Notes: generated from the letters alone by a model not told the origin. A stretch of DNA of 64,000 nucleotides from Tubulanus polymorphus (GCF_964204645.1 NC_134036.1:7265434-7329433); one strand, 5' to 3'. Shown: positions 12,001 through 27,000, numbered from the stretch's first letter. Program-made: numbers and translations.

Positions 12001-15000
12001 CCGTTTGTCAGTGTGCCGGCAGTGATGGTTGTTCGAAAAACGACTAAGGGCTGACCGGGCCATGAACAGCGTTACGACCCGGCACCGGTCAGGAAGGGAG
12101 GGAGGGTGGCAGTAGGTCGGTCGTCCGTCCGTTCGTCAGTGTGCCGGCGGTGGTTGTTCGAAAAACGACTAAGTGCCGACCGGGCCTTGATCAGCGTTAC
12201 GACCCGGTGCAGTGAGGGAGGGAGGGAGGCAGTAGGTCGGTCGTCCATCCGTTCGTCAGTGTGCCGGCGGTGGTTGTTCGAAAAACGACTAAGTGCTGAC
12301 CGGATCTTGATCAGCGTTACGACCCGGTGCAGTGAGGGAGGGAGGGAGGGAGGCAGTAGGTCGGTCGTCCATCCGTTCGTCAGTGTGCCGGCGGTGGTTG
12401 TTCGAAAAACGACTAAGTGCTGACCGGGCCTTGATCAGCGTTACGACCCGGTGCAGTGAGGGAGGGAGGGAGGGAGGCAGTAGGTCGGTCGTCCATCCGT
12501 TCGTCAGTGTGCCGGCGGTGGTAGTTCGAAAAACGACTAAGTGCTGACCGGGCATTGATCAGCGTTACGACCCGGTGCAGTGAGGGAGGGAGGGAGGCAG
12601 TAGGTCGGTCGTCCATCCGTTCGTCAGTGTGCCGGCGGTGGTAGTTCGAAAAACGACTAAGTGCTGACCGGGCCTTGATCAGCGTTACGACCCGGTGCAG
12701 TGAGGGAGGGAGGGAGGCAGTAGGTCGGTCGTCCATCCGTTCGTCAGTGTGCCGGCGGTGGTAGTTCGAAAAACGACTAAGTGCTGACCGGGCCTTGATC
12801 AGCGTTACGACCCGGTGCAGTGAGGGAGGGAGGGAGGCAGTAGGTCGGTCGTCCGTCCGTTCGTCAGTGTGCCGGCGGTGGTTGTTCGAAAAACGACTAT
12901 GTGCTGACCGGGCCTTGATCAGCGTTACGACCCGGTGCAGTTAGGGAGGGAGGGAGGGAGGCAGTAGGTCCGTCGTCCGCCCGTTAGTCAGTGTGTCGGC
13001 GGTTGTTGTTCGAAAAACGACTAAGTGCTGACCGGGCCATGAACAGCGTTACGACCCGGCACCGGTCAGGAAGGGAGGGAGGGTGGCAGTAGGACGGTCG
13101 TCCGTTCGTTCGTCAGTGTGCCGGCGGTGGTAGTTCGAAAAACGACTAAGTGCTGACCGGGCCTTGATCAGCGTTACGACCCGGTGCAGTGAGGGAGGGA
13201 GGGAGGGAGGCAGTAGGTCGGTCGTCCATCCGTTCGTCAGTGTGCCGGCGGTGGTAGTTCGAAAAACGACTAAGTGCTGACCGGGCCTTGATCAGCGTTA
13301 CGACCCGGTGCAGTGAGGGAGGGAGGGAGGCAGTAGGTCGGTCGTCCGTCCGTTCGTCAGTGTGCCGGCGGTGGTTGTTCGAAAAACGACTAAGTGCTGA
13401 CCGGGCCTTGATCAGCGTTACGACCCGGTGCAGTGAGGGAGGGATGGAGGCACTAGGACAGTCGTCCGCCCGTTAGTCAGTGTGTCGGCGGTTGTTGTTC
13501 GAAAAACGACTAAGTGCTGACCGGGCCATGAACAGCGTTACGACCCGGCACCGGTCAGGAAGGGAGGGAGGGTGGCAGTAGGTCGGTCGTCCGTTCGTTG
13601 GTCAGTGTGCCGGCGGTGGTAGTTCGAAAAACGACTAAGTGCTGACCGGGCCTTGATCAGCGTTACGACCCGGTGCAGTTAGGGAGGGAGGGAGGGACGA
13701 ACTAGGACAGTCGTCCGCCCGTTAGTCAGTGTGTCGGCGGTTGTTGTTCGAAAAACGACTAAGTGCTGACCGGGCCATGAACAGCGTTACGACCCGGCAC
13801 CGGTCAGGAAGGGAGGGAGGGTGGCAGTAGGTCGGTCGTCCGTTCGTTGGTCAGTGTGCCGGCGGTGGTAGTTCGAAAAACGACTAAGTGCTGACCGGGC
13901 CTTGATCAGCGTTACGACCCGGTGCAGTGAGGGAGGGAGGGAGGGAGGCAGTAGGTCGGTCGTCCGTCCGTTCGTCAGTGTGCCGGCGGTGGTAGTTCGA
14001 AAAACGACTAAGTGCTGACCGGGCCATGAACAGCGTTACGACCCGGCACCGGTCAGGAAGGGAGGGAGGGTGGCAGTAGGTCGGTCGTCCATCCGTTCGT
14101 CAGTGTGCCGGCGGTGGTAGTTCGAAAAACGACTAAGTGCTGACCGGGCCTTGATCAGCGTTACGACCCGGTACAGTGAGGGAGGGAGGGAGGCAGTAGG
14201 TCGGTCGTCCGTCCGTTCGTCAGTGTGCCGGCGGTGGTTGTTCGAAAAACGACTAAGTGCTGACCGGGTTATGATCAGCGTTACGACCCGGTGCAGTGAG
14301 GGAGGGAGGGAGGGAGGCAGTAGGTCGGTCGTCCATCCGTTCGTCAGTGTGCCGGCGATGGTTGTTCGAAAAACGACTAAGTGCTGACCGGGCCTTGATC
14401 AGCGTTACGACCCGGTGCAGTGAGGGAGGGAGGGAGGCACTAGGACAGTCGTCCGCCCGTTAGTCAGTGTGCCGGCGGTGGTTGTTCGAAAAACGACTAA
14501 GGGCTGACCGGGCCTTAATCAGCGTTACGACCCGGCGCTGGTCAGGGAGGGAGGGAGGGAGGCAGTAGGTCGGTCGTCCGTCCGTTCGTCATTGTACCGG
14601 CGGTGATAGTTCGAAAAACGACTAAGTGCTGACCGGGCCTTGATCAGCGTTACGACCCGGTGCAGTGAGGGAGGGAGGGAGGAACTAGGAAAGTCGTCCG
14701 CCCGTTAGTCAGTGTGTCGGCGGTTGTTGTTCGAAAAACGACTAAGTGCTGACCGGGCCATGAACAGCGTTACGACCCGGCACCGGTCAGGAAGGGAGGG
14801 AGGGTGGCAGTAGGTCGGTCGTCCGTTCGTTGGTCAGTGTGCCGGCGGTGGTAGTTCGAAAAACGACTAAGTGCTGACCGGGCCTTGATCAGCGTTACGA
14901 CCCGGTGCAGTGAGGGAGGGAGGGAGGCAGTAGGTCGGTCGTCCGTCCGTTCGTCAGTGTGCCGGCGGTGGTAGTTCGAAAAACGACTAAGTGCTGACCG

Positions 15001-18000
15001 GGCCATGAACAGCGTTACGACCCGGCACCGGTCAGGAAGGGAGGGAGGGTGGCAGTAGGTCGGTCGTCCATCCGTTCGTCAGTGTGCCGGCGGTGGTAGT
15101 TCGAAAAACGACTAAGTGCTGACCGGGCCTTGATCAGCGTTACGACCCGGTCCAGTGAGGGAGGGAGGGAGGCAGTAGGTCGGTCGTCCGTCCGTTCGTC
15201 AGTGTGCCGGCGGTGGTTGTTCGAAAAACGACTAAGTGCTGACCGGGTCATGATCAGCGTTACGACCCGGTGCAGTGAGGGAGGGAGGGAGGGAGGCAGT
15301 AGGTCGGTCGTCCATCCGTTCGTCAGTGTGCCGGCGATGTTTGTTCGAAAAACGACTAAGTGCTGACCGGGCCTTGATCAGCGTTACGACCCGGTGCAGT
15401 GAGGGAGGGAGGGAGGCACTAGGACAGTCGTCCGCCCGTTAGTCAGTGTGCCGGCGGTGGTTGTTCGAAAAACGACTAAGTGCTGACCGGGCCTTGATCA
15501 GCGTTACGACCCGGCACCGGTCAGGGAGGGAGGGAGGGAGGCAGTAGGTCGGTCGTCCGTCCGTTCGTCACTGTGCCGGCGGTGGTAGTTCGAAAAACGA
15601 CTAAGTGCTGACCGGGCCTAGATCAGCGTTACGACCCGGTGCAGTGAGGGAGGGAGGGAGGCAGTAGGTCGGTCGTCCGTCCGGTCGTCAGTGTGCCGGC
15701 GGTGGTTGTTCGAAAAACGACTAAGTGCTGACCGGGCCATGATCAGCGTTACGACCCGGTGCAGTGAGGGTGGGAGGGAGGAACTGGACAGTCGTCCGCC
15801 CGTTAGTCAGTGTGTCGGCGGTTGTTGTTCGAAAAACGACTAAGTGCTGACCGGGCCATGAACAGCGTTACGACCCGGTGCAGTGAGGGAGGGAGGGAGG
15901 GAGGCAGTAGGTCGGTCGTCCATCCGTTCGTCAGTGTGCCGGCGGTGGTTGTTCGAAAAACGACTAAGTGCTGACCGGGCCTTGATCAGCGTTACGACCC
16001 GGTGCAGTGAGGGAGGGAGGGAGGGAGGCAGTAGGTCGGTCGTCCATCCGTTCGTCAGTGTGCCGGCGGTGGTTGTTCGAAAAACGACTAAGTGCTGACC
16101 GGGCCATGAACAGCGTTACGACCCGGCACCGGTCAGGAAGGGAGGGAGGGTGGCAGTAGGTCGGTCGTCCGTTCGTTGGTCAGTGTGCCGGCGGTGGTAG
16201 TTCGAAAAACGACTAAGTGCTGACCGGGTCATGATCAGCGTTACGACCCGGTGCAGTGAGGGAGGGAGGGAGGGAGGCAGTAGGTCGGTCGTCCATCCGT
16301 TCGTCAGTGTGCCGGCGGTGGTTGTTCGAAAAACGACTAAGTGCTTACCGGGCCTTGATCAGCGTTACGACCCGGTGCAGTGAGGGAGGGAGGGAGGGAG
16401 GGAGGCAGTAGGTCGGTCGTCCATCCGTTCGTCAGTGTGCCGGCGGTGGTTGTTCGAAATACGACTAAGTGCTGACCGGGCCATGATCAGCGTTACGACC
16501 CGGTGCAGTGAGGGAGGGAGGGAGGCATTAGGACAGTCGTCCGCCCGTTAGTCAGTGTGTCGGCGGTTGTTGTTCGAAAAACGACTAAGTGCTGACCGGG
16601 CCATGAACAGCGTTACGACCCGGCACCGGTCAGGGAGGGAGGCAGTAGGTCGGTCGTCCGTCCGTTCGTCATTGTGCCGGCGGTGGTAGTTCGAAAAACG
16701 ACTAAGTGCTGACCGGGCCTTGATCAGCGTTACGACCCGGAGCATTGAGGGAGGGAGGGAGGCAGTAGGTCGGTCGTCCGTCCGTTTGTCAGTGTGCCGG
16801 CAGCGATGGTTGTTCGAAAAATGACTAAGGGCTGACCGGGCCTTGATCAGCGTTACGACCCGGAGCATTGAGGGAGGGAGGGAGGCAGTAGGTCGGTCGT
16901 CCATCCGTTCGTCAGTGTGCCGGCGGTGGTAGTTCGAAAAACGACTAAGTGCTGACCGGGCCTAGATCAGCGTTACGACCCGGTGCAGTGAGGGAGGGAG
17001 GGAGGCAGTAGGTCGGTCGTCCGTCCGGTCGTCAGTGTGCCGGCGGTGGTTGTTCGAAAAACGACTAAGTGCTGACCGGGCCATGAACAGCGTTACGACC
17101 CGGCACCGGTCAGGAAGGGAGGGAGGGTGGCAGTAGGTCGGTCGTCCGTCCGTTCGTCAGTGTGCCGGCGGTGGTAGTTCGAAAAACGACTAAGTGCTGA
17201 CCGGGCCATGAACAGCGTTACGACCCGGCACCGGTCAGGAAGGGAGGGAGGGTGGCAGTAGGTCGGTCGTCCATCCGTTCGTCAGTGTGCCGGCGGTGGT
17301 AGTTCGAAAAACGACTAAGTGCTGACCGGGCCTTGATCAGCGTTACGACCCGGTACAGTGAGGGAGGGAGGGAGGCAGTAGGTCGGTCGTCCGTCCGTTC
17401 GTCAGTGTGCCGGCGGTGGTTGTTCGAAAAACGACTAAGTGCTGACCGGGTCATGATCAGCGTTACGACCCGGTGCAGTGAGGGAGGGAGGGAGGGAGGC
17501 AGTAGGTCGGTCGTCCATCCGTTCGTCAGTGTGCCGGCGATGGTTGTTCGAAAAACGACTAAGTGCTGACCGGGCCTTGATCAGCGTTACGACCCGGTGC
17601 AGTGAGGGAGGGAGGGAGGCACTAGGACAGTCGTCCGCCCGTTAGTCAGTGTGCCGGCGGTGGTTGTTCGAAAAACGACTAAGTGCTGACCGGGCCTTGA
17701 TCAGCGTTACGACCCGGCACCGGTCAGGGAGGGAGGGAGGGAGGCAGTAGGTCGGTCGTCCGTCCGTTCGTCACTGTGCCGGCGGTGGTAGTTCGAAAAA
17801 CGACTAAGTGCTGACCGGGCCTTGATCAGCGTTACGACCCGGAGCTTTGAGGGAGGGAGGGAGGCAGTAGGTCGGTCGTCCGTCCGTTTGTCAGTGTGCC
17901 GGCAGTGATGGTTGTTCGAAAAAATGACTAAGGGCTGACCGGGCCTTGATCAGCGTTACGACCCGGCGCTGGTCAGGGCGGGAGGGAGGGAGGCAGTAGG

Positions 18001-21000
18001 TCGGTCGTCCATCCGTTCGTCAGTGTGCCGGCGGTGGTAGTTCGAAAAACGACTAAGTGCTGACCGGGCCTAGATCAGCGTTACGACCCGGTGCAGTGAG
18101 GGAGGGAGAGAGGCAGTAGGTCGGTCGTCCGTCCGGTCGTCAGTGTGCCGGCGGTGGTTGTTCGAAAAACGACTAAGTGCTGACCGGGCCATGATCAGCG
18201 TTACGACCCGGTGCAGTGAGGGAGGGAGGGAGGGAGGCAGTAGGTCGGTCGTCCATCCGTTCGTCAGTGTGCCGGCGGTGGTTGTTCGAAAAACGACTAA
18301 GTGCTGACCGGGCCATGAACAGCGTTACGACCCGGCACCGGTCAGGAAGGGAGGGAGGGTGGCAGTAGGTCGGTCGTCCGTTCGTTCGTCAGTGTGCCGG
18401 CGGTGGTTGTTCGAAAAACGACTAAGTGCTGACCGGGCCATGAACAGCGTTACGACCCGGCACCGGTCAGGAAGGGAGGGAGGGTGGCAGTAGGTCGGTC
18501 GTCCGTTCGTTGGTCAGTGTGCCGGCGGTGGTAGTTCGAAAAACGACTAAGTGCTGACCGGGCCTTGATCAGCGTTACGACCCGGTGCAGTGAGGGAGGG
18601 AGGGAGGCAGTAGGTCGGTCGTCCGTCCGTTCGTCAGTGTGCCGGCGGTGGTTGTTCGAAAAACGACTAAGTGCTGACCGGGCCATGAACAGCGTTACGA
18701 CCCGGCACCGGTCAGGAAGGGAGGGAGGGTGGCAGTAGGTCGGTCGTCCGTTCGTTGGTCAGTGTGCCGGCGGTGGTAGTTCGAAAAACGACTAAGTGCT
18801 GACCGGGCCATGAACAGCGTTACGACCCGGCACCGGTCAGGAAGGGAGGGAGGGTGGCAGTAGGTCGGTCGTCCATCCGTTCGTCAGTGTGCCGGCGGTG
18901 GTAGTTCGAAAAACGACTAAGTGCTGACCGGGCCTTGATCAGCGTTACGACCCGGTGCAGTGAGGGAGGGAGGGAGGCAGTAGGTCGGTCGTCCGTCCGT
19001 TCGTCAGTGTGCCGGTGGTGGTTGTTCGAAAAACGACTAAGTGCTGACCGGGCCTTGATCAGCGTTACGACCCGGCGCAGTGAGGGAGGGAGGGAGGGAG
19101 GCAGTAGGTCGGTCGTCCATCCGTTCGTCAGTGTGCCGGCGGTGGTTGTTCGAAAAACGACTAAGTGCTGACCGGGCCTTGATCAGCGTTACGACCCGGT
19201 GCAGTGAGGGAGGGAGGGAGGCACTAGGACAGTCGTCCGCCCGTTAGTCAGTGTGTCGGCGGTTGTTGTTCGAAAAACGACTAAGTGCTGACCGGGCCAT
19301 GAACAGCGTTACGACCCGGCACCGGTCAGGAAGGGAGGGAGGGTGGCAGTAGGTCGGTCGTCCGTTCGTTCGTCAGTGTGCCGGCGGTTGTTGTTCGAAA
19401 AACGACTAAGTGCTGACCGGGCCTTGATCAGCGTTACGACCCGGTGCAGTGAGGGAGGGAGGGAGGCAGTAGGTCGGTCGTCCATCCGTTCGTCAGTGTG
19501 CCGGCGGTGGTAGTTCGAAAAACGACTAAGTGCTGACAGGGCCTTGATCAGCGTTACGACCCGGTGCAGTGAGGGAGGGAGGGAGGAACTAGGACAGTCG
19601 TCCGCCCGTTAGTCAGTGTGTCGGCGGTTGTTGTTCGAAAAACGACTAAGTGCTGACCGGGCCATGAACAGCGTTACGACCCGGTGCAGTGAGGGAGGGA
19701 GGGAGGGAGGCAGTAGGTCGGTCGTCCATCCGTTCGTCAGTGTGCCGGCGGTGGTTGTTCGAAAAACGACTAAGTGCTGACCGGGCCTTGATCAGCGTTA
19801 CGACCCGGTGCAGTGAGGGAGGGAGGGAGGGAGGCAGTAGGTCGGTCGTCCATCCGTTCGTCAGTGTGCCGGCGGTGGTTGTTCGAAAAACGACTAAGTG
19901 CTGACCGGGCCATGAACAACGTTACGACCCGGCACCGGTCAGGAAGGGAGGGAGGGTGGCAGTAGGTCGGTCGTCCGTTCGTTCGTCAGTGTGCCGGCGG
20001 TGGTTGTTCGAAAAACGACTAAGTGCTGACCGGGCCATGAACAGCGTTACGACCCGGCACCGGTCAGGAAGGGAGGGAGGGTGGCAGTAGGTCGGTCGTC
20101 CGTTCGTTGGTCAGTGTGCCGGCGGTGGTAGTTCGAAAAACGACTAAGTGCTGACCGGGCCTTGATCAGCGTTACGACCCGGTGCAGTGAGGGAGGGAGG
20201 GAGGCAGTAGGTCGGTCGTCCGTCCGTTCGTCAGTGTGCCGGCAGTGGTTGTTCGAAAAACGACTAAGTGCTGACCGGGCCATGAACAGCGTTACGACCC
20301 GGCACCGGTCAGGAAGGGAGGGAGGGTGGCAGTAGGTCGGTCGTCCGTTCGTTGGTCAGTGTGCCGGCGGTGGTAGTTCGAAAAACGACTAAGTGCTGAC
20401 CGGGCCATGAACAGCGTTACGACCCGGCACCGGTCAGGAAGGGAGGGAGGGTGGCAGTAGGTCGGTCGTCCGTTCGTTGGTCAGTGTGCCGGCGGTGGTA
20501 GTTCGAAAAACGACTAAGTGCTGACCGGGTCATGATCAGCGTTACGACCCGGTGCAGTGAGGGAGGGAGGGAGGGAGGCAGTAGGTCGGTCGTCCATCCG
20601 TTCGTCAGTGTGCCGGCGGTGGTTGTTCGAAAAACGACTAAGTGCTTACCGGGCCTTGATCAGCGTTACGACCCGGTGCAGTGAGGGAGGGAGGGAGGGA
20701 GGCAGTAGGTCGGTCGTCCATCCGTTCGTCAGTGTGCCGGCGGTGGTTGTTCGAAAAACGACTAAGTGCTGACCGGGCCATGATCAGCGTTACGACCCGG
20801 TGCAGTGAGGGAGGGAGGGAGGCATTAGGACAGTCGTCCGCCCGTTAGTCAGTGTGTCGGCGGTTGTTGTTCGAAAAACGACTAAGTGCTGACCGGGCCA
20901 TGAACAGCGTTACGACCCGGCACCGGTCAGGGAGGGAGGCAGTAGGTCGGTCGTCCGTCCGTTCGTCATTGTGCCGGCGGTGGTAGTTCGAAAAACGACT

Positions 21001-24000
21001 AAGTGCTGACCGGGCCTTGATCAGCGTTACGACCCGGAGCATTGAGGGAGGGAGGGAGGCAGTAGGTCGGTCGTCCGTCCGTTTGTCAGTGTGCCGGCAG
21101 CGATGGTTGTTCGAAAAATGACTAAGGGCTGACCGGGCCTTGATCAGCGTTACGACCCGGAGCATTGAGGGAGGGAGGGAGGCAGTAGGTCGGTCGTCCA
21201 TCCGTTCGTCAGTGTGCCGGCGGTGGTAGTTCGAAAAACGACTAAGTGCTGACCGGGCCTAGATCAGCGTTACGACCCGGTGCAGTGAGGGAGGGAGGGA
21301 GGCAGTAGGTCGGTCGTCCGTCCGGTCGTCAGTGTGCCGGCGGTGGTTGTTCGAAAAACGACTAAGTGCTGACCGGGCCATGAACAGCGTTTCGACCCGG
21401 CACCGGTCAGGAAGGGAGGGAGGGTGGCAGTAGGTCGGTCGTCCGTCCGTTCGTCAGTGTGCCGGCGGTGGTAGTTCGAAAAACGACTAAGTGCTGACCG
21501 GGCCATGAACAGCGTTACGACCCGGCACCGGTCAGGAAGGGAGGGAGGGTGGCAGTAGGTCGGTCGTCCATCCGTTCGTCAGTGTGCCGGCGGTGGTAGT
21601 TCGAAAAACGACTAAGTGCTGACCGGGCCTTGATCAGCGTTACGACCCGGTACAGTGAGGGAGGGAGGGAGGCAGTAGGTCGGTCGTCCGTCCGTTCGTC
21701 AGTGTGCCGGCGGTGGTTGTTCGAAAAACGACTAAGTGCTGACCGGGTCATGATCAGCGTTACGACCCGGTGCAGTGAGGGAGGGAGGGAGGGAGGCAGT
21801 AGGTCGGTCGTCCATCCGTTCGTCAGTGTGCCGGCGATGGTTGTTCGAAAAACGACTAAGTGCTGACCGGGCCTTGATCAGCGTTACGACCCGGTGCAGT
21901 GAGGGAGGGAGGGAGGCACTAGGACAGTCGTCCGCCCGTTAGTCAGTGTGCCGGCGGTGGTTGTTCGAAAAACGACTAAGTGCTGACCGGGCCTTGATCA
22001 GCGTTACGACCCGGCACCGGTCAGGGAGGGAGGGAGGGAGGCAGTAGGTCGGTCGACCGTCCGTTCGTCACTGTGCCGGCGGTGGTAGTTCGAAAAACGA
22101 CTAAGTGCTGACCGGGCCTTGATCAGCGTTACGACCCGGAGCTTTGAGGGAGGGAGGGAGGCAGTAGGTCGGTCGTCCGTCCGTTTGTCAGTGTGCCGGC
22201 AGTGATGGTTGTTCGAAAAAATGACTAAGGGCTGACCGGGCCTTGATCAGCGTTACGACCCGGCGCTGGTCAGGGCGGGAGGGAGGGAGGCAGTAGGTCG
22301 GTCGTCCATCCGTTCGTCAGTGTGCCGGCGGTGGTAGTTCGAAAAACGACTAAGTGCTGACCGGGCCTAGATCAGCGTTACGACCCGGTGCAGTGAGGGA
22401 GGGAGGGAGGCAGTAGGTCGGTCGTCCGTCCGGTCGTCAGTGTGCCGGCGGTGGTTGTTCGAAAAACGACTAAGTGCTGACCGGGCCATGATCAGCGTTA
22501 CGACCCGGTGCAGTGAGGGAGGGAGGGAGGGAGGCAGTAGGTCGGTCGTCCATCCGTTCGTCAGTGTGCCGGCGGTGGTTGTTCGAAAAACGACTAAGTG
22601 CTGACCGGGCCATGAACAGCGTTACGACCCGGCACCGGTCAGGAAGGGAGGGAGGGTGGCAGTAGGTCGGTCGTCCGTTCGTTCGTCAGTGTGCCGGCGG
22701 TGGTTGTTCGAAAAATGACTAAGTGCTGACCGGGCCATGAACAGCGTTACGACCCGGCACCGGTCAGGAAGGGAGGGAGGGTGGCAGTAGGTCGGTCGTC
22801 CGTTCGTTCGTCAGTGTGCCGGCGGTGGTTGTTCGAAAAACGACTAAGTGCTGACCGGGCCATGAACAGCGTTACGACCCGGCACCGGTCAGGAAGGGAG
22901 GGAGGGTGGCAGTAGGTCGGTCGTCCGTTCGTTGGTCAGTGTGCCGGCGGTGGTAGTTCGAAAAACGACTAAGTGCTGACCGGGCCTTGATCAGCGTTAC
23001 GACCCGGTGCAGTGAGGGAGGGAGGGAGGCAGTAGGTCGGTCGTCCGTCCGTTCGTCAGTGTGCCGGCGGTGGTTGTTCGAAAAACGACTAAGTGCTGAC
23101 CGGGCCATGAACAGCGTTACGACCCGGCACCGGTCAGGAAGGGAGGGAGGGTGGCAGTAGGTCGGTCGTCCGTTCGTTGGTCAGTGTGCCGGCGGTGGTA
23201 GTTCGAAAAACGACTAAGTGCTGACCGGGCCATGAACAGCGTTACGACCCGGCACCGGTCAGGAAGGGAGGGAGGGTGGCAGTAGGTCGGTCGTCCATCC
23301 GTTCGTCAGTGTGCCGGCGGTGGTTGTTCGAAAAACGACTAAGTGCTGACCGGGCCTTGATCAGCGTTACGACCCGGAGCATTGAGGGAGGGAGGGAGGC
23401 AGTAGGTCGGTCGTCCGTCCGTCCGTTTGTCAGTGTGCCGGCAGCGATGGTTGTTCGAAAAATGACTAAGGGCTGACCGGGCCTTGATCAGCGTTACGAC
23501 CCGGAGCATTGAGGGAGGGAGGGAGGGAGGCAGTAGGTCGGTCGTCCATCCGTTCGTCAGTGTGCCGGCGGTGGTTGTTCGAAAAACGACTAAGTGCTGA
23601 CCGGGCCTTGATCAGCGTTACGACCCGGTGCAGTGAGGGAGGGAGGGAGGCACTAGGACAGTCGTCCGCCCGTTAGTCAGTGTGTCGGCGGTTGTTGTTC
23701 GAAAAACGACTAAGTGCTGACCGGGCCATGAACAGCGTTACGACCCGGCACCGGTCAGGAAGGGAGGGAGGGTGGCAGTAGGTCGGTCGTCCGTTCGTTC
23801 GTCAGTGTGCCGGCGGTTGTTGTTCGAAAAACGACTAAGTGCTGACCGGGCCTTGATCAGCGTTACGACCCGGTGCAGTGAGGGAGGGAGGGAGGCAGTA
23901 GGTCGGTCGTCCATCCGTTCGTCAGTGTGCCGGCGGTGGTAGTTCGAAAAACGACTAAGTGCTGACAGGGCCATGAACAGCGTTACGACCCGGCACCGGT

Positions 24001-27000
24001 CAGGAAGGGAGGGAGGGTGGCAGTAGGTCGGTCGTCCGTTCGTTGGTCAGTGTGCCGGCGGTGGTAGTTCGAAAAACGACTAAGTGCTGACCGGGCCTTG
24101 ATCAGCGTTACGACCCGGTGCAGTGAGGGAGGGAGGGAGGCAGTAGGTCGGTCGTCCGTCCGTTCGTCAGTGTGCCGGCAGTGGTTGTTCGAAAAACGAC
24201 TAAGTGCTGACCGGGCCATGAACAGCGTTACGACCCGGCACCGGTCAGGAAGGGAGGGAGGGTGGCAGTAGGTCGGTCGTCCGTTCGTTGGTCAGTGTGC
24301 CGGCGGTGGTAGTTCGAAAAACGACTAAGTGCTGACCGGGCCATGAACAGCGTTACGACCCGGCACCGGTCAGGAAGGGAGGGAGGGTGGCAGTAGGTCG
24401 GTCGTCCGTTCGTTGGTCAGTGTGCCGGCGGTGGTAGTTCGAAAAACGACTAAGTGCTGACCGGGTCATGATCAGCGTTACGACCCGGTGCAGTGAGGGA
24501 GGGAGGGAGGGAGGCAGTAGGTCGGTCGTCCATCCGTTCGTCAGTGTGCCGGCGGTGGTTGTTCGAAAAACGACTAAGTGCTTACCGGGCCTTGATCAGC
24601 GTTACGACCCGGTGCAGTGAGGGAGGGAGGGAGGGAGGCAGTAGGTCGGTCGTCCATCCGTTCGTCAGTGTGCCGGCGGTGGTTGTTCGAAAAACGACTA
24701 AGTGCTGACCGGGCCATGATCAGCGTTACGACCCGGTGCAGTGAGGGAGGGAGGGAGGCACTAGGACAGTCGTCCGCCCGTTAGTCAGTGTGTCGGCGGT
24801 TGTTGTTCGAAAAACGACTAAGTGCTGACCGGGCCATGAACAGCGTTACGACCCGGCACCGGTCAGGGAGGGAGGCAGTAGGTCGGTCGTCCGTCCGTTC
24901 GTCAGTGTGCCGGCGGTGGTTGTTCGAAAAACGACTAAGTGCTGACCGGGTCATGATCAGCGTTACGACCCGGTGCAGTGAGGGAGGGAGGGAGGGAGGC
25001 AGTAGGTCGGTCGTCCATCCGTTCGTCAGTGTGCCGGCGATGGTTGTTCGAAAAACGACTAAGTGCTGACCGGGCCTTGATCAGCGTTACGACCCGGTGC
25101 AGTGAGGGAGGGAGGGAGGCACTAGGACAGTCGTCCGCCCGTTAGTCAGTGTGCCGGCGGTGGTTGTTCGAAAAACGACTAAGTGCTGACCGGGCCTTGA
25201 TCAGCGTTACGACCCGGCACCGGTCAGGGAGGGAGGGAGGGAGGCAGTAGGTCGGTCGTCCGTCCGTTCGTCACTGTGCCGGCGGTGGTAGTTCGAAAAA
25301 CGACTAAGTGCTGACCGGGCCTTGATCAGCGTTACGACCCGGAGCTTTGAGGGAGGGAGGGAGGCAGTAGGTCGGTCGTCCGTCCGTTTGTCAGTGTGCC
25401 GGCAGTGATGGTTGTTCGAAAAAATGACTAAGGGCTGACCGGGCCTTGATCAGCGTTACGACCCGGCGCTGGTCAGGGCGGGAGGGAGGGAGGCAGTAGG
25501 TCGGTCGTCCATCCGTTCGTCAGTGTGCCGGCGGTGGTAGTTCGAAAAACGACTAAGTGCTGACCGGGCCTAGATCAGCGTTACGACCCGGTGCAGTGAG
25601 GGAGGGAGGGAGGCAGTAGGTCGGTCGTCCGTCCGGTCGTCAGTGTGCCGGCGGTGGTTGTTCGAAAAACGACTAAGTGCTGACCGGGCCATGATCAGCG
25701 TTACGACCCGGTGCAGTGAGGGAGGGAGGGAGGGAGGCAGTAGGTCGGTCGTCCATCCGTTCGTCAGTGTGCCGGCGGTGGTTGTTCGAAAAACGACTAA
25801 GTGCTGACCGGGCCATGAACAGCGTTACGACCCGGCACCGGTCAGGAAGGGAGGGAGGGTGGCAGTAGGTCGGTCGTCCGTTCGTTCGTCAGTGTGCCGG
25901 CGGTGGTTGTTCGAAAAACGACTAAGTGCTGACCGGGCCATGAACAGCGTTACGACCCGGCACCGGTCAGGAAGGGAGGGAGGGTGGCAGTAGGTCGGTC
26001 GTCCGTTCGTTGGTCAGTGTGCCGGCGGTGGTAGTTCGAAAAACGACTAAGTGCTGACCGGGCCTTGATCAGCGTTACGACCCGGTGCAGTGAGGGAGGG
26101 AGGGAGGCAGTAGGTCGGTCGTCCGTCCGTTCGTCAGTGTGCCGGCGGTGGTTGTTCGAAAAACGACTAAGTGCTGACCGGGCCATGAACAGCGTTACGA
26201 CCCGGCACCGGTCAGGAAGGGAGGGAGGGTGGCAGTAGGTCGGTCGTCCGTTCGTTGGTCAGTGTGCCGGCGGTGGTAGTTCGAAAAACGACTAAGTGCT
26301 GACCGGGCCATGAACAGCGTTACGACCCGGCACCGGTCAGGAAGGGAGGGAGGGTGGCAGTAGGTCGGTCGTCCATCCGTTCGTCAGTGTGCCGGCGGTG
26401 GTAGTTCGAAAAACGACTAAGTGCTGACCGGGCCTTGATCAGCGTTACGACCCGGTACAGTGAGGGAGGGAGGGAGGCAGTAGGTCGGTCGTCCGTCCGT
26501 TCGTCAGTGTGCCGGCGGTGGTTGTTCGAAAAACGACTAAGTGCTGACCGGGCCTTGATCAGCGTTACGACCCGGAGCATTGAGGGAGGGAGGGAGGCAG
26601 TAGGTCGGTCGTCCGTCCGTCCGTTTGTCAGTGTGCCGGCAGCGATGGTTGTTCGAAAAATGACTAAGGGCTGACCGGGCCTTGATCAGCGTTACGACCC
26701 GGAGCATTGAGGGAGGAAGGGAGGGAGGGAGGCAGTAGGTCGGTCGTCCATCCGTTCGTCAGTGTGCCGGCGGTGGTAGTTCGAAAAACGACTAAGTGCT
26801 GACCGGGCCTTGATCAGCGTTACGACCCGGTGCAGTGAGGGAGGGAGGGAGGCAGTAGGTCGGTCGTCCGTCCGTTCGTCAGTGTGCCGGTGGTGGTTGT
26901 TCGAAAAACGACTAAGTGCTGACCGGGCCTTGATCAGCGTTACGACCCGGCGCAGTGAGGGAGGGAGGGAGGGAGGCAGTAGGTCGGTCGTCCATCCGTT

